This document shows positions 20,277 to 30,733 of a stretch of 64,000 nt of DNA, piece after piece. Every line of letters begins with the position of its first letter. Positions within the stretch are counted from its first letter, which is position 1. Both the position numbers and the translations under genes were made by a program. The notes under the pieces are model-generated. The model worked only from the letters and a program-made list of their open reading frames with translations. It searched no databases and was not told the DNA's origin. The DNA comes from Promethearchaeota archaeon (GTDB taxonomy: Archaea > Asgardarchaeota > Lokiarchaeia > Sigyniarchaeales > SOKP01): the NCBI GenBank assembly GCA_048937405.1, contig JBHLNF010000009.1:96001-160000 (forward strand). The letters run 5' to 3'.

Positions 20277-22489
20277 AATAATTCCTCCATTGTATGTTGA
20301 GATAAAGCAATTTCCTTATATGTTTCACATGTCTTCAACAGCTCAATATGTTTACCCTTACCTACAATTTTACCATTGTCAAGTACAATTATTTGTTCTG
20401 CATCCATAATAGTGGAAACCCTTTGAGTCACAATTATTAATGTGATATTTTCAAAATTTTCTTTGAATGCCTTACGTAATGCTCTATCAGTTTTAAAGTC
20501 TAACGCGGAAAAACTATCATCCAAGATATAAATTGGAGATTGCTTTACAAGTGCTCGAGCTATGGATAATCTCTGTTTTTGTCCACCAGATACATTTCTT
20601 CCACCTTGTGCAATTCTTGTCTCCAAACCACTGGTTTTAGTATTTACAAATTCGGAAGCTTGCGAAATTTCAATTGCTGATTTTAAGGTTGTACTTTCAG
20701 CGTTTTCATTCGCATAATATAAATTACTTGAAATAGTTCCTGAGAATAAGGAACTTTTCTGAGGCACATATCCTATTTTTTCTCGTAAATCATATTGTGA
20801 AACTTCTCGAATATCCAAGCCATCGATTAAAATTGATCCAGACGAGACGTCATAAAATCTGAGTATCAAATTCATAAGTGTGGATTTACCGGATCCGGTT
20901 GCTCCTATAAACGCTGTCGTCTCTCCTGGACGTGCTATGAAGTTAATTTCACGTAAAACATTCTCTTCAGCACCAGGATATTTAAATGATACATTACGAA
21001 ATTCAATTGTAGCATCAAATGGTTCTTTAAACACGCGTAAATCTAGGGAATCTTTAATGGATGGTTCAGTATCCAATACCTCACCTATTCTTTTTATAGA
21101 TACACTAGCTCGTGGAAGCATAATAAACATCATAGAAATCATCAAAAATGACATTACAATTTGCATTGTGTATTGCATGAATGCCATCATATTTCCAATC
21201 TGCAATAATCCCTCCGCGACTTCATGAGATCCAATCCATATAATTAAAACCATAGTCCCATTCATTATAAACATCATTAGCGGCATTAGTATGAACATTA
21301 GCCTATTTATAAACAAACTCTTTTTCGTTAAATCAAGATTAACCTTATCAAAACGATTTTCTTCAAATTCTTGCTTGTTAAAACTTCTAACAACCATCAT
21401 ACCTGTAAGATTTTCACGTGTAATAAGGTTAAGTTCATCAATTAAATCTTGAATTGACTTAAATTTGGGTAAAGCAATTATAAAAACGATGATTATTATA
21501 AATATAAGTGATGCAACAGGTATAGCTATTATCCACCACATCGATGATGCTGAAGACATTGCATGAAAAATAGCGCCTATACCCAATATTGGAGCATAAA
21601 ACACAATACTAATCAACATAATAATGATCATCTGAATTTGAGTAATATCATTAGTTGAACGGGTCACTAAGGATGCTGTAGAAAACTTATCAAACTCAAT
21701 ATTTGTAAAACTTTCAACTTTTATGAACAAATCCTCTCGAATATCACGAGCCATTCCAGTTGCCGTTTTAGCAGATAAATAACTTACTCCGATAATACAT
21801 AACACTGATATTAATGTCATTAATAGCATTAAAATACCAACTCGCCATATATAATTCATTTGAATCTCTTTCATATCCATACCAAGAAGTTCGTATTCTG
21901 CTCTTATTCCCTGTATTACAGCTTGTCTCAACATTGTATCATCAAATGAATCAAATTCAGAATAGAACTCATTAATAATTTGAATTCTTATAACCTCGGG
22001 CAAATTTTCTAAATAACTGAATAAATCAGTATCTGTAGGAAAACCCAATGTTGTTGCTAGATCTGGATCTTCCATAATTTGTTTAACAAAAAATACAATG
22101 ACAATCGGTTTTGTCATTATTAAACTTAATTGAATGATATTCGATTTAGAATGATTACTGAGAACATATATTGGTTCGCTGCTAATAACAGGATATGTTT
22201 TAACATAATAATCATATTTATCAGAGTTATTATCATAAAGTATGTATTGATTTAGTATCATCGCTTTATCACTTGTACTATTTATGAAAAATAATGTTCT
22301 ATTCATTTCTTTTTGAGTAATTGCATCTGGTACTTTATCCTCAATACCACCTTGTTGAATTCCAACGTTGACAATGTCAGATAGATAATTTGGTAATGCT
22401 AAATTTACATTAGCTTGCACAAATAGTAGCATGATTGCTCCTATTATCATCGGAAGGTAGGGTTTTGTATATTTAAATGTCCTATTCAT
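20273..22489 (-). CDS. ABC exporter TMD-NBD, degenerate-site subunit with a large extracellular loop
   Basis: GATGSGKS, VSGGQ, ILDDSFS, VTQRV; 4-bp overlap with partner gene. Confidence 0.95.
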   Translation of the reverse strand: MNRTFKYTKPYLPMIIGAIMLLFVQANVNLALPNYLSDIVNVGIQQGGIEDKVPDAITQKEMNRTLFFINSTSDKAMILNQYILYDNNSDKYDYYVKTYPVISSEPIYVLSNHSKSNIIQLSLIMTKPIVIVFFVKQIMEDPDLATTLGFPTDTDLFSYLENLPEVIRIQIINEFYSEFDSFDDTMLRQAVIQGIRAEYELLGMDMKEIQMNYIWRVGILMLLMTLISVLCIIGVSYLSAKTATGMARDIREDLFIKVESFTNIEFDKFSTASLVTRSTNDITQIQMIIIMLISIVFYAPILGIGAIFHAMSSASSMWWIIAIPVASLIFIIIIVFIIALPKFKSIQDLIDELNLITRENLTGMMVVRSFNKQEFEENRFDKVNLDLTKKSLFINRLMFILMPLMMFIMNGTMVLIIWIGSHEVAEGLLQIGNMMAFMQYTMQIVMSFLMISMMFIMLPRASVSIKRIGEVLDTEPSIKDSLDLRVFKEPFDATIEFRNVSFKYPGAEENVLREINFIARPGETTAFIGATGSGKSTLMNLILRFYDVSSGSILIDGLDIREVSQYDLREKIGYVPQKSSLFSGTISSNLYYANENAESTTLKSAIEISQASEFVNTKTSGLETRIAQGGRNVSGGQKQRLSIARALVKQSPIYILDDSFSALDFKTDRALRKAFKENFENITLIIVTQRVSTIMDAEQIIVLDNGKIVGKGKHIELLKTCETYKEIALSQHTMEELL

Positions 22490-22537
22490 AAGTTCATTTG
22501 CTCTAATTTATTTGATTAAGTATTTAAACAGATAATA

Positions 22538-22993
22538 TTAATTCTCTAAATCAGGTATATCATCATTTATATTAATTTTATTTATCAATTTGTCTAATAT
22601 GGTGATGATCTCTCTCTTCTCATCATTATTATATGTAAAAATTAAATCTTCAAACCATTTATAACTAGTTCGAAAACATTCATTAAGAAATTCAAGTCCT
22701 TTTTGTGTTAAATTAAGATTTTTAATCCTTCGATCATTAGGATCTTCTGATCTATCAATCAATCCTAATTGAACCATTCGATGCAGCAACTGACTTGCTG
22801 CTGCACTTGAAATTCCCAATTCTATGCCAATAACTGATACATTACAACTGCCTTTACGATAAATTCGTATGAGAGCACCTATCTGAGGCATAGATATATC
22901 ATTTTCTTTTGAGAATTTAAAAATACTATTAAGTGATTTATACAAAGTTAACTGAACCCATTTTTTTACAGTTTCAGAAATATCTGAGCCCAT
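22538..22993 (-). CDS. MarR-family regulator of the ABC exporter operon
   Basis: ISMPQ...AASQLLHRMVQLGLIDR...DRR...LTQKG. Confidence 0.92.
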   Translation of the reverse strand: MGSDISETVKKWVQLTLYKSLNSIFKFSKENDISMPQIGALIRIYRKGSCNVSVIGIELGISSAAASQLLHRMVQLGLIDRSEDPNDRRIKNLNLTQKGLEFLNECFRTSYKWFEDLIFTYNNDEKREIITILDKLINKININDDIPDLEN

Positions 22994-23289
22994 TTTTGAA
23001 TTCTATTGATTTTTTAAGACTGTTAAATTAGTTAATGCAATTTAATAATTAAAATTTATTAATATTTAAATTAACTTAGACAAAAAAATCAAATTTAGAT
23101 GAATACTCTAATTTAGAAGATTTAAATGAAAAAGATCTGAAAGAATAACGGATAGATTTAGATCATTTTTTAAATGGTTAATTCTTATTATTTCTAAATT
23201 TCAAACGTATTCTTGATAAAATTTATCATATCTTATAGTAATTCGTTCAATTTTCCAAAAAGTTAAAAATAATTGGTGATTTAAGAAAA

Positions 23290-25467
23290 ATGGATAATGA
23301 TAATACTATTTGCCTATTATTTTGCCTTCATTTTCATCAACCTGTTGATAACTTCAATTTTGTTATAGAAGATTGTTATAAAAAATCATATGAACCTCTA
23401 ATTGAGAATATTTTTAAATATGAAGATGTGAAATTTACACTTCACTTTTCAGGCAATTTATTAGAATGGTTTATTAAAAATAAGCCAGATCTTATAAAAA
23501 AGATAAAGGTTATGGCAAAAAGGGGTCAGATTGAGATTATTGGAGGCGGGTATTATGAGCCAATATTTGCAATCATTCCATATCGCGATAAAATTGCTCA
23601 AATGAAAAAGTTATCGAGGCTAATAAAAGAAGAATTCGGATTAGAAGTAAAAGGTGCTTGGTTATCAGAAAGAGTTTGGGAACCAAATTATCCCTCTTTC
23701 TTAAATGATGTTGGATTAAAGTATGTAATCGTTGATGACAATCATTTTCGTTCTACTGGGATAACCGAGGAAGGAACCTTTTATTCATATATTACCGAAG
23801 ATGAAGGAAAAACTTTACGGATATTTCCTATTAACGAAGAATTGAGATATTTAACACCTTGGAAACCTACTTATATGTCTGTTGATTATTTAAAAGAAGC
23901 TGCTGATGAAAAGGGTGATAGATGTGCTTTATTAATATCAGATGCAGAAAAAATGGGTGTCTGGGGAACAACACATCAAATTTGCTATGTGGATGGGTGT
24001 GGACATGAAGAAGGAGATAATGGCAAGCCTTTTATTCCCGCATTTTTTGAACAAATTAGAAAAAATTCATGGATTAAATCAGTAACACTTTCAGAATATA
24101 TGAATCAATATCCTGCGAAAAGTTTAGTATATCTACCAACTGCTAGTTATGATAAAATGGAAGAATGGGTTTTACCCACTAATATTCGTAAAAAATTCAA
24201 AATAATAAGGAAATCATTAAGAGAAGATGAAGAAAAGAAGGTGATCTATCAATTTCTTCGTGGTGGTTTTTGGAGATATTTTTTAGTAAAATATCCTGAA
24301 TCCAATAATATGCACAAGAAGATGATTCATATAAGAAATAAACTTATTAATGTTGAAGAAACTCTGTTAAAGGTCGAAAATGAACAACTTATTTCTGTTA
24401 TATTAAAAAAAATTGAAGAAGCATGGGATGAGATTTATAAAACTCAATGCAATGATTGTTATTGGCATGGATTATTTGGTGGAGTTTATTTACAATTTCT
24501 TAGATTTTCAGTTTACACTCATTTAATTAATGCTGAGAGAATAATTGATGATATTAATTCTTTAATTAATCCTAAGATGAAATCATACATTTATATAACT
24601 CCTATCGATTTTATCAAAGATAGCAAGACAGAATACTTAATTGAATCTGATGTCTTTAATATTTATGTTAACCCTAACGATGGTGGAACTATTTTTGAGT
24701 TAGATTATAAACCAAAATCTTATAATTTATTGAATACATTAACAAGATGGTCTGAAGCATATCATGAAAGTAAGAAACTAGAAGAAAAAGAAGTTATGGT
24801 TGATAGATTTAAAAGAAATTTATTACGTCTTAGGATATTACATAATGATGTTACTCTTGAACAATTACAAGCAGATCTATATTATGAGTTTGGAGATTTT
24901 ATTGATGATTCTTTCAAGGTCACGAGTAGTGAAAAGGAAGGAAAAACTGCAATTGTTGAGATGGAAAAAATAGGAAGTATAAAAGATCCAGATACTGATG
25001 AAAGAAATACAGTACGAATCATAAAAGATATATATGTAAAAGAAAGTGAAATTGAAATTAAACTAAGAATGAACTTTAACGATGGTCATAAACAAGAAAA
25101 AATAATTGGGCGGATTCTTAAAAACTTAAATGTCGCGATTGATATTCCTTTTTTCTTTAACGGAGACACAAAAAGTTTCCGATGGGAAAGTAAGCATATA
25201 AATATTAAAGATACTGAAAATAATGATTTGTTAGAGCCTTTTGAATTTGTTGGTTCACACTTTAAAGCATATGATGTTACCTATGACCTAAGTTTTGAAC
25301 TTGAGATTTCGAGTAAAGCAGATTCAATAAAAATTCGTAAATTTCCTATAATCGCATATGCTTATACAGATGAGGGTTATAAAGAGATATATGAGGGTAT
25401 AAATATTACACCTATTATTAAGCTTGAGAAGAATTTAGAAGTTCAATTAAAGCTAAGAGTCTTTTAA
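23290..25467 (+). CDS. GH57 alpha-amylase / 4-alpha-glucanotransferase
   Basis: HFHQP, EIIGGGYYEPI, WLSERVWEP, SDAEKMG, QCNDCYWHGLFGG. Confidence 0.93.
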   Translation: MDNDNTICLLFCLHFHQPVDNFNFVIEDCYKKSYEPLIENIFKYEDVKFTLHFSGNLLEWFIKNKPDLIKKIKVMAKRGQIEIIGGGYYEPIFAIIPYRDKIAQMKKLSRLIKEEFGLEVKGAWLSERVWEPNYPSFLNDVGLKYVIVDDNHFRSTGITEEGTFYSYITEDEGKTLRIFPINEELRYLTPWKPTYMSVDYLKEAADEKGDRCALLISDAEKMGVWGTTHQICYVDGCGHEEGDNGKPFIPAFFEQIRKNSWIKSVTLSEYMNQYPAKSLVYLPTASYDKMEEWVLPTNIRKKFKIIRKSLREDEEKKVIYQFLRGGFWRYFLVKYPESNNMHKKMIHIRNKLINVEETLLKVENEQLISVILKKIEEAWDEIYKTQCNDCYWHGLFGGVYLQFLRFSVYTHLINAERIIDDINSLINPKMKSYIYITPIDFIKDSKTEYLIESDVFNIYVNPNDGGTIFELDYKPKSYNLLNTLTRWSEAYHESKKLEEKEVMVDRFKRNLLRLRILHNDVTLEQLQADLYYEFGDFIDDSFKVTSSEKEGKTAIVEMEKIGSIKDPDTDERNTVRIIKDIYVKESEIEIKLRMNFNDGHKQEKIIGRILKNLNVAIDIPFFFNGDTKSFRWESKHINIKDTENNDLLEPFEFVGSHFKAYDVTYDLSFELEISSKADSIKIRKFPIIAYAYTDEGYKEIYEGINITPIIKLEKNLEVQLKLRVF

Positions 25468-25598
25468 TATTTAAATCTTGGGATTTTTTCTTTGATTATT
25501 GACATAAGCTCTAATATTGTCGGATTTAACTATCTTTAAATATATCATTAAACTAATAAATACTAATAAGTATTAAATTTGCATCGTTTTTGACACTT

Positions 25599-25739
25599 AT
25601 GGGAACCAACGGTAATGGTAAACGGAATGGCTGGACTTACAATGAAAAAACAGTAAAGAGAAATATTGAAAATAATCATTTTGTTAAAAATATTCGAAAA
25701 AAGTTAGTAGAAGAAAAATTAAAGAAAAAATATCGATAA
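25599..25739 (+). CDS. Small basic protein, 46 aa (paralog 1; not in the ORF track)
   Basis: MGTNGNGKRNGWTYNEKTVKRNIENNHFVKNIRKKLVEEKLKKKYR*; ungapped similarity to 25908..26063. Confidence 0.7.
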   Translation: MGTNGNGKRNGWTYNEKTVKRNIENNHFVKNIRKKLVEEKLKKKYR

Positions 25740-25907
25740 CTTGTTTTAATTATGTATGTTTAATTTTTATAATTATAATTCTTACTCCTTTTATAAATCA
25801 AAAAGTATCTATTAAAATCTCTTCCAATTTATTGAAGGTACTTTCTTATATGCAGTTTCTTCTTTTATTAGTAGATAATATAGAATTAAAAAAAATCGAT
25901 CTGAATT

Positions 25908-26063
25908 ATGAAAGCTTATAAAAATACAGACTGTTCAAGTTGGAACTGTTGTGATGAGAATTTATACGAGTGTATTGATAGATCACAATTCGTGAAAAAA
26001 ATCAGAAAACAACTTAAAGAAAAGAATTTTAAGAAGAATTCAGATAGATTATCTATAAAATAG
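25908..26063 (+). CDS. Small basic Cys-containing protein, 51 aa (paralog 2; not in the ORF track)
   Basis: MKAYKNTDCSSWNCCDENLYECIDRSQFVKKIRKQLKEKNFKKNSDRLSIK*. Confidence 0.7.
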   Translation: MKAYKNTDCSSWNCCDENLYECIDRSQFVKKIRKQLKEKNFKKNSDRLSIK

Positions 26064-26077
26064 AATTTTTTCAGAAT

Positions 26078-26797
26078 TTAACTTTCAAAACCATATTTTC
26101 CAATTAATGGAACAAAACGAACGCCAGTTATTTTCTTAGAGTCAAATTGATCTCCTTGTTTTTTAATAATATATAAATTTTGAGCATAACTTTTTGATCC
26201 TGCCGGAATACAGAGAATTCCTCCCTCTTTTAACTGTTTACGCAAAGGAACAGGAACTCTGGTTGGTGAAGCTGCTGTAACTAATATCTTATCATAAGGA
26301 GCTTCTTTAGGATATCCTAATGTTCCATCTCCATGAATTACCGAAACATTCTGATCATACCCTGTTTTTTTAAGGCTTTCCTGAGCATTTTTTACTAACT
26401 CCTCATGGCGTTCAATTGTAAAGACATGACCGGGATTTTCTGAATTTTTTGGTGCAACCAATTCTGCACATAATGCAGCATGATACCCAGAACCTGTCCC
26501 AATTTCTAAAACTTTTTCACCTTCAGATAATTCTAAATACTCACACATCATAGCATTCATATGAGGGGCACTGATAGTCTGTCCTAAGCCAATAGATAAA
26601 GGAGTATCCAAATAAGCACTTGATTCTGCCTCCTTTGGCACAAATTTATGTCTAGGCACGAGAAACATTGCTTTAATCACTTCTGGTTTAGTTAGAATTC
26701 CTCTATCCTTGAGACTTTCAACCAGTCGTTTTCTCTTTTCTTCAAAATTCATTTTTGTTATTGAAACCATAATGCCTAGTATCGCGTGTTCTTTCAC
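26078..26797 (-). CDS. pcm: Protein-L-isoaspartate O-methyltransferase (true start may be a downstream Met)
   Basis: GQTISAPHM, VLEIGTGSGYHAA, GDGTLG, APYDKI, VRFVPL. Confidence 0.95.
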   Translation of the reverse strand: MKEHAILGIMVSITKMNFEEKRKRLVESLKDRGILTKPEVIKAMFLVPRHKFVPKEAESSAYLDTPLSIGLGQTISAPHMNAMMCEYLELSEGEKVLEIGTGSGYHAALCAELVAPKNSENPGHVFTIERHEELVKNAQESLKKTGYDQNVSVIHGDGTLGYPKEAPYDKILVTAASPTRVPVPLRKQLKEGGILCIPAGSKSYAQNLYIIKKQGDQFDSKKITGVRFVPLIGKYGFES

Positions 26798-26804
26798 ATA
26801 AAAA

Positions 26805-28040
26805 TCATTTTTTTATGATATAAATCTTTGCGTTTGCTTCGACTTCCTTATTAATGCGTAAATTAATTCTAACAGGATCAGTATATCTTTTTCTAGATAT
26901 GTTTTTTATCTTTTCACCTTTATAAATCATCTTTTTTATTGTTTCAATGGTATAAGTATTGGAACCTATGATTATAATTTCATCTCCTATGTTTAAGGGA
27001 AATTCTAGGCTTTCTAATAAAACATTAGCCGACTTACTGTTTTGATCATATGAAAGGATTTTTCCTATGTAATGTTTTTTAAATTGAGAGATATTTCCTC
27101 TCCTATTTAACTCAATATCTTCAATAGTTGGTCTATGAAAATAAAATCCCGTATGAAATCCTCGATTATATACCATTGAAAGTCTTTTTAACCAGTTAGT
27201 AATTTTTTCTTTTCCATAGGTTCTATCAAAAAAACTATCTATTGCTTCTCTATAACATTCTGAAACTGTTTTTATATAAAGAGGATCTTTCATTCTACCT
27301 TCAATCTTAAAGCTATCGATATTAGCATCAATAAGTTCAGGAATATATTCAATCATACATAGATCTTTTGCATTTAAAAACATTTCTCCATTGTAAATAA
27401 ATTCATTATTCTCATCATCGATTACTCTCCATTCTCTTCTACATGGTTGTACGCAATTTCCTCGATTCGCAGAATATTCTTCAGATTCACAGATAGTAGC
27501 GGATAAATAACATCTTCCTGAAACTGATGTACACATGGAACCATGGACAAAACATTCGATTTCTGCTTTTGAAAGTAAATGCTTAATAAGTTTTATTTGT
27601 TTCAATGACAACTCTCTTGCTAAAATAATTCTTTCTGCGCCCAATTCTTCATAGAATTTAGCAGCTTCTATATTTGAAATATTAGCTTGGGTAGATATAT
27701 GAAATTTCATATTATTACGTTTAGCTATTTGAATCACTGCAAGATCATGGGCAATAATCGCATCAATTTCATTATCTTTTGCTTCTGAAATTAAAGATTC
27801 TAAGTCCTGTAATTCTGAATCATAAATTAGAATATTAGTTGTAAGATATGCTTTTATTGGTGGATTTTGGTTATGACAAAAATCAGCTACTTTCTTTAAA
27901 TCTTTTCTCTCAAAATTTTTAGCCGTTTTCCTCATATTATATTTCTCAATACCAAAATAAATAGCATCTGCTAAACCCCCTATGACTTTTAGTGAATTCC
28001 AATCTTGAATTGGTACAAGTAATTCTGGTTGATTTTCCAT
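26805..28040 (-). CDS. Peptidase U32 family protein (TrhP/RlhA-like RNA hydroxylation)
   Basis: ADAIYFG, HISTQ, LARELS, FVHGSMCTSVSGRC, NRGNCVQPCR, SFKIEGRMK. Confidence 0.92.
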   Translation of the reverse strand: MENQPELLVPIQDWNSLKVIGGLADAIYFGIEKYNMRKTAKNFERKDLKKVADFCHNQNPPIKAYLTTNILIYDSELQDLESLISEAKDNEIDAIIAHDLAVIQIAKRNNMKFHISTQANISNIEAAKFYEELGAERIILARELSLKQIKLIKHLLSKAEIECFVHGSMCTSVSGRCYLSATICESEEYSANRGNCVQPCRREWRVIDDENNEFIYNGEMFLNAKDLCMIEYIPELIDANIDSFKIEGRMKDPLYIKTVSECYREAIDSFFDRTYGKEKITNWLKRLSMVYNRGFHTGFYFHRPTIEDIELNRRGNISQFKKHYIGKILSYDQNSKSANVLLESLEFPLNIGDEIIIIGSNTYTIETIKKMIYKGEKIKNISRKRYTDPVRINLRINKEVEANAKIYIIKK

Positions 28041-28129
28041 ACTATATTATTAAGATATTTATTGACAATCTATAATATTACAATATAAAATAAAGAATTT
28101 TAAAATTGTTATAAAAAAAGGAGTATAAA

Positions 28130-28453
28130 ATGGAATTAAGAATGCCAAAGTGCAAAATAACTATATTGAAGAAGTCATTGAATAAAGAATTGATTGAAGA
28201 ATTTATCAGTGATGAATATACTGGTATGAAACCATGTGAGATTTTTGACGAAGGTCAAGAAATATTAATCGATCCAAATCTAGCTCAGGTACCTGATGGA
28301 TTCTGCCATTGGGCATGGGCAGATATAAGAAAAGATATAATGCTTGTAGCATCAGGAGGAGATGTCCTAGGGATGAAATATAAAGGTACTGTTATTACCG
28401 GATGCTCTGATTGGTTTCGACCTGTAATATTCAAAGTAGAAAGGATTGAGTGA
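28130..28453 (+). CDS. TIGR04076-family protein
   Basis: PCEIFDEGQE, PDGFCHWAW, GCSDWFRPVIFKVERI. Confidence 0.85.
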   Translation: MELRMPKCKITILKKSLNKELIEEFISDEYTGMKPCEIFDEGQEILIDPNLAQVPDGFCHWAWADIRKDIMLVASGGDVLGMKYKGTVITGCSDWFRPVIFKVERIE

Positions 28454-28589
28454 AATATTTTCATTTGCATTTGAAGGTGAGTTCCCAGAAGATAAAAGAA
28501 AAAAAGGTACTGACTTACTTTTAAAGATCAAACCCAATGAACTAAAAGCCATTGAACATCTAAAAGAAGCAGTAAAAGTTTGGAAATAA
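28452..28589 (+). pseudogene. Start-less C-terminal gene fragment directly after the TIGR04076 stop
   Basis: Open frame EIFSFAFEGEFPEDKRKKGTDLLLKIKPNELKAIEHLKEAVKVWK* with protein-like composition, followed by a T-rich tract. Confidence 0.4.
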
Positions 28590-28734
28590 GATTATTAATT
28601 AATATTTCTTTTTTTATTCTCGTTCTAAAAGAGGTAAAATTTAATTATAAAGAAAGCGATTTTATAAAAATTAAAAGTATCGTATTAATTATTGAAAAAT
28701 AATTTGAAAATTGTAATATTTGAGGTTTATAATA

Positions 28735-29301
28735 ATGAAAGTGGTATTATTTAATGGAAGTCCCAGAAAAGAAGGAAATACATATCATTGCTTAAATGTT
28801 GTTATGGATGAATTAAAAGCAGCTGGAATAGAATGTGATTATAATTGGATTGGGATGGAAAAAATGCAAGGGTGTACTGCTTGCATGAAATGTAGAGAAA
28901 ATGGTGATCAAAAATGCGTACTAACTGGAGATAAAATGAATGACTATATTGAAAAGATGATAAATTCTGATGGTATAATAATTGGTTCTCCTACATATTA
29001 TTCTAATTTAACAACAAACACAAAAGCATTAATTGAACGTTGCGGATTTGCTGCTGGAAGAAAATTAAAACACAAAGTAGGAGCAGCAGTTATAGCAGTT
29101 AGGAGGGCTGGAGCAAACCATGCTTTTTCAAGTATAAACTATTTCTTTCTTATAAACCAGATGTTTGTTGTTGGTTCTAGTTATTGGAATGTAGGAATTG
29201 GAAGACAAGCGGGAGAAGTTTTAGATGATGAAGAAGGTATAGAAACATTTGAAAATTTAGGCAAGAACTTTGCTTTTTTGCTAGAAAAACTGAAAAAATA
29301 A
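28735..29301 (+). CDS. Iron-sulfur flavoprotein (Isf; flavodoxin-like)
   Basis: NGSPRKEGNT, CTACMKC..C, GSPTY, RRAG, SSYWN; GAGGT RBS before ATG 28735. Confidence 0.9.
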   Translation: MKVVLFNGSPRKEGNTYHCLNVVMDELKAAGIECDYNWIGMEKMQGCTACMKCRENGDQKCVLTGDKMNDYIEKMINSDGIIIGSPTYYSNLTTNTKALIERCGFAAGRKLKHKVGAAVIAVRRAGANHAFSSINYFFLINQMFVVGSSYWNVGIGRQAGEVLDDEEGIETFENLGKNFAFLLEKLKK

Positions 29302-29391
29302 CCTTTTTCATTCTTTTAAATAAGATTTTTTCAATATTTATCGAAATTGATAAATATACTATCTATCATTTAGCAATCAAAATAAATAAAA

Positions 29392-30567
29392 ATGCGAGTT
29401 TTGGATTTAGGTCAAGTAAATAAGCTAATTTTGAACAAACAACATTTAACTGAAAATGCAAAAATTGATGATATATTACAAATAACTGATGATTTATGTG
29501 GACTTCATTCCACGGAACTTACTACATCATATTTTTCTCTTTTTGCAAGAACAAAAAATTTTATTAAAAATGATTTGGAAAATGAACTTTACCTAAATAA
29601 AAATCTCGCAAGAATACGAGGAATGAGAAGAACTATCTTTATTGAAACCAAAAATTTTATTCCAATAGTATATGCAGCAACTTCTAATATAATTAGTAAA
29701 TCTTTCGAAAAATATATGGAATTTCATAAGATTACATTGAAAGAATATCAGGAAATATCGAAAAAAATATTGGAACTATTAATAGGAAAAGAATTGTCCG
29801 CATCAGAAATAAGAAAAGAAGTGAACTCCAAATCAAATATTCCAGCAATTATCCAATTTATGTGTAACTATGGTTTACTCATTAGAGGAAAACCAATCAA
29901 AAATTGGAAAGATCGAAGAAATAACTATGCAGTATTTAAAAACTATTTCCCTAACCTAAATTTAACAAAATTTAATGAAAATAAGGCGATTCAACTCCTT
30001 ATAGAAAAATATATTAAAGCATATGGACCAGTTTCAGAAAATGATATATCATGGTGGACAGGTTTAACCAAAACCAAAATAAGAAATGCTTTAAGTGCTA
30101 TAAATAGTAAATTAAGAGAAATCAAAATTACTAATATGAAACAACCATTTCTAATATGTGAAGAAGATATAGACCAGCTAAATAATTTACCTAATTCGCA
30201 AAAACAAACATTAAATATATTACCCAGACTCGATTCGTATCCAATGGGATATAAGGATCGTGAAAGGTATATAGATGCCAAAAATTATAATCTGATATTT
30301 GATCGTTCTGGAAATATAACATCAACTATTTTTTTAGATGGGATTGCAGTTGGTGTTTGGGATCTAGAAGATAAACCTGAACCGATGCTTAAAATATTTT
30401 TATTTGGTTCAATTAATGAAGAATATATCGATGAATTGTATTTAAAAGCTCAAAATGTAGGAGAATTCTTCTTTGATGAGATTGTAAAAATAAAAGAATG
30501 TGAAAAAATGATTCCACTAACAGAAAGAAATGCTGGGGGCTTTATGTCTCCACTTAAAAATTCTTGA
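29392..30567 (+). CDS. HTH_42 / AlkZ-like DNA glycosylase family protein
   Basis: CGLHSTE, MRRTIF, YIKAYGPVS..DISWWTG, LPRLDSYPMGYKDR, GVW. Confidence 0.85.
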   Translation: MRVLDLGQVNKLILNKQHLTENAKIDDILQITDDLCGLHSTELTTSYFSLFARTKNFIKNDLENELYLNKNLARIRGMRRTIFIETKNFIPIVYAATSNIISKSFEKYMEFHKITLKEYQEISKKILELLIGKELSASEIRKEVNSKSNIPAIIQFMCNYGLLIRGKPIKNWKDRRNNYAVFKNYFPNLNLTKFNENKAIQLLIEKYIKAYGPVSENDISWWTGLTKTKIRNALSAINSKLREIKITNMKQPFLICEEDIDQLNNLPNSQKQTLNILPRLDSYPMGYKDRERYIDAKNYNLIFDRSGNITSTIFLDGIAVGVWDLEDKPEPMLKIFLFGSINEEYIDELYLKAQNVGEFFFDEIVKIKECEKMIPLTERNAGGFMSPLKNS

Positions 30568-30733
30568 AAAGTAGGAATAATTGATTGAAAAGAAATAAGT
30601 TTTATTAAAATAATGGAAATTTATTTGGACTTAGGTTAAATTGTGGAAATATTAAGTTTTTGAAGATATTTGCTAAAATTTCTTTAAAATAGTGAAAAAT
30701 TTAAACTAAATAAAAAATAATAAAAATAAATAT

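Noticed and set aside
25948-25989. Hairpin ttgtgat...atcacaa containing ATGA, considered as a SECIS element
   Set aside because: Lies within the 51-aa ORF, the upper stem is weak, and no in-frame UGA selenoprotein candidate is nearby
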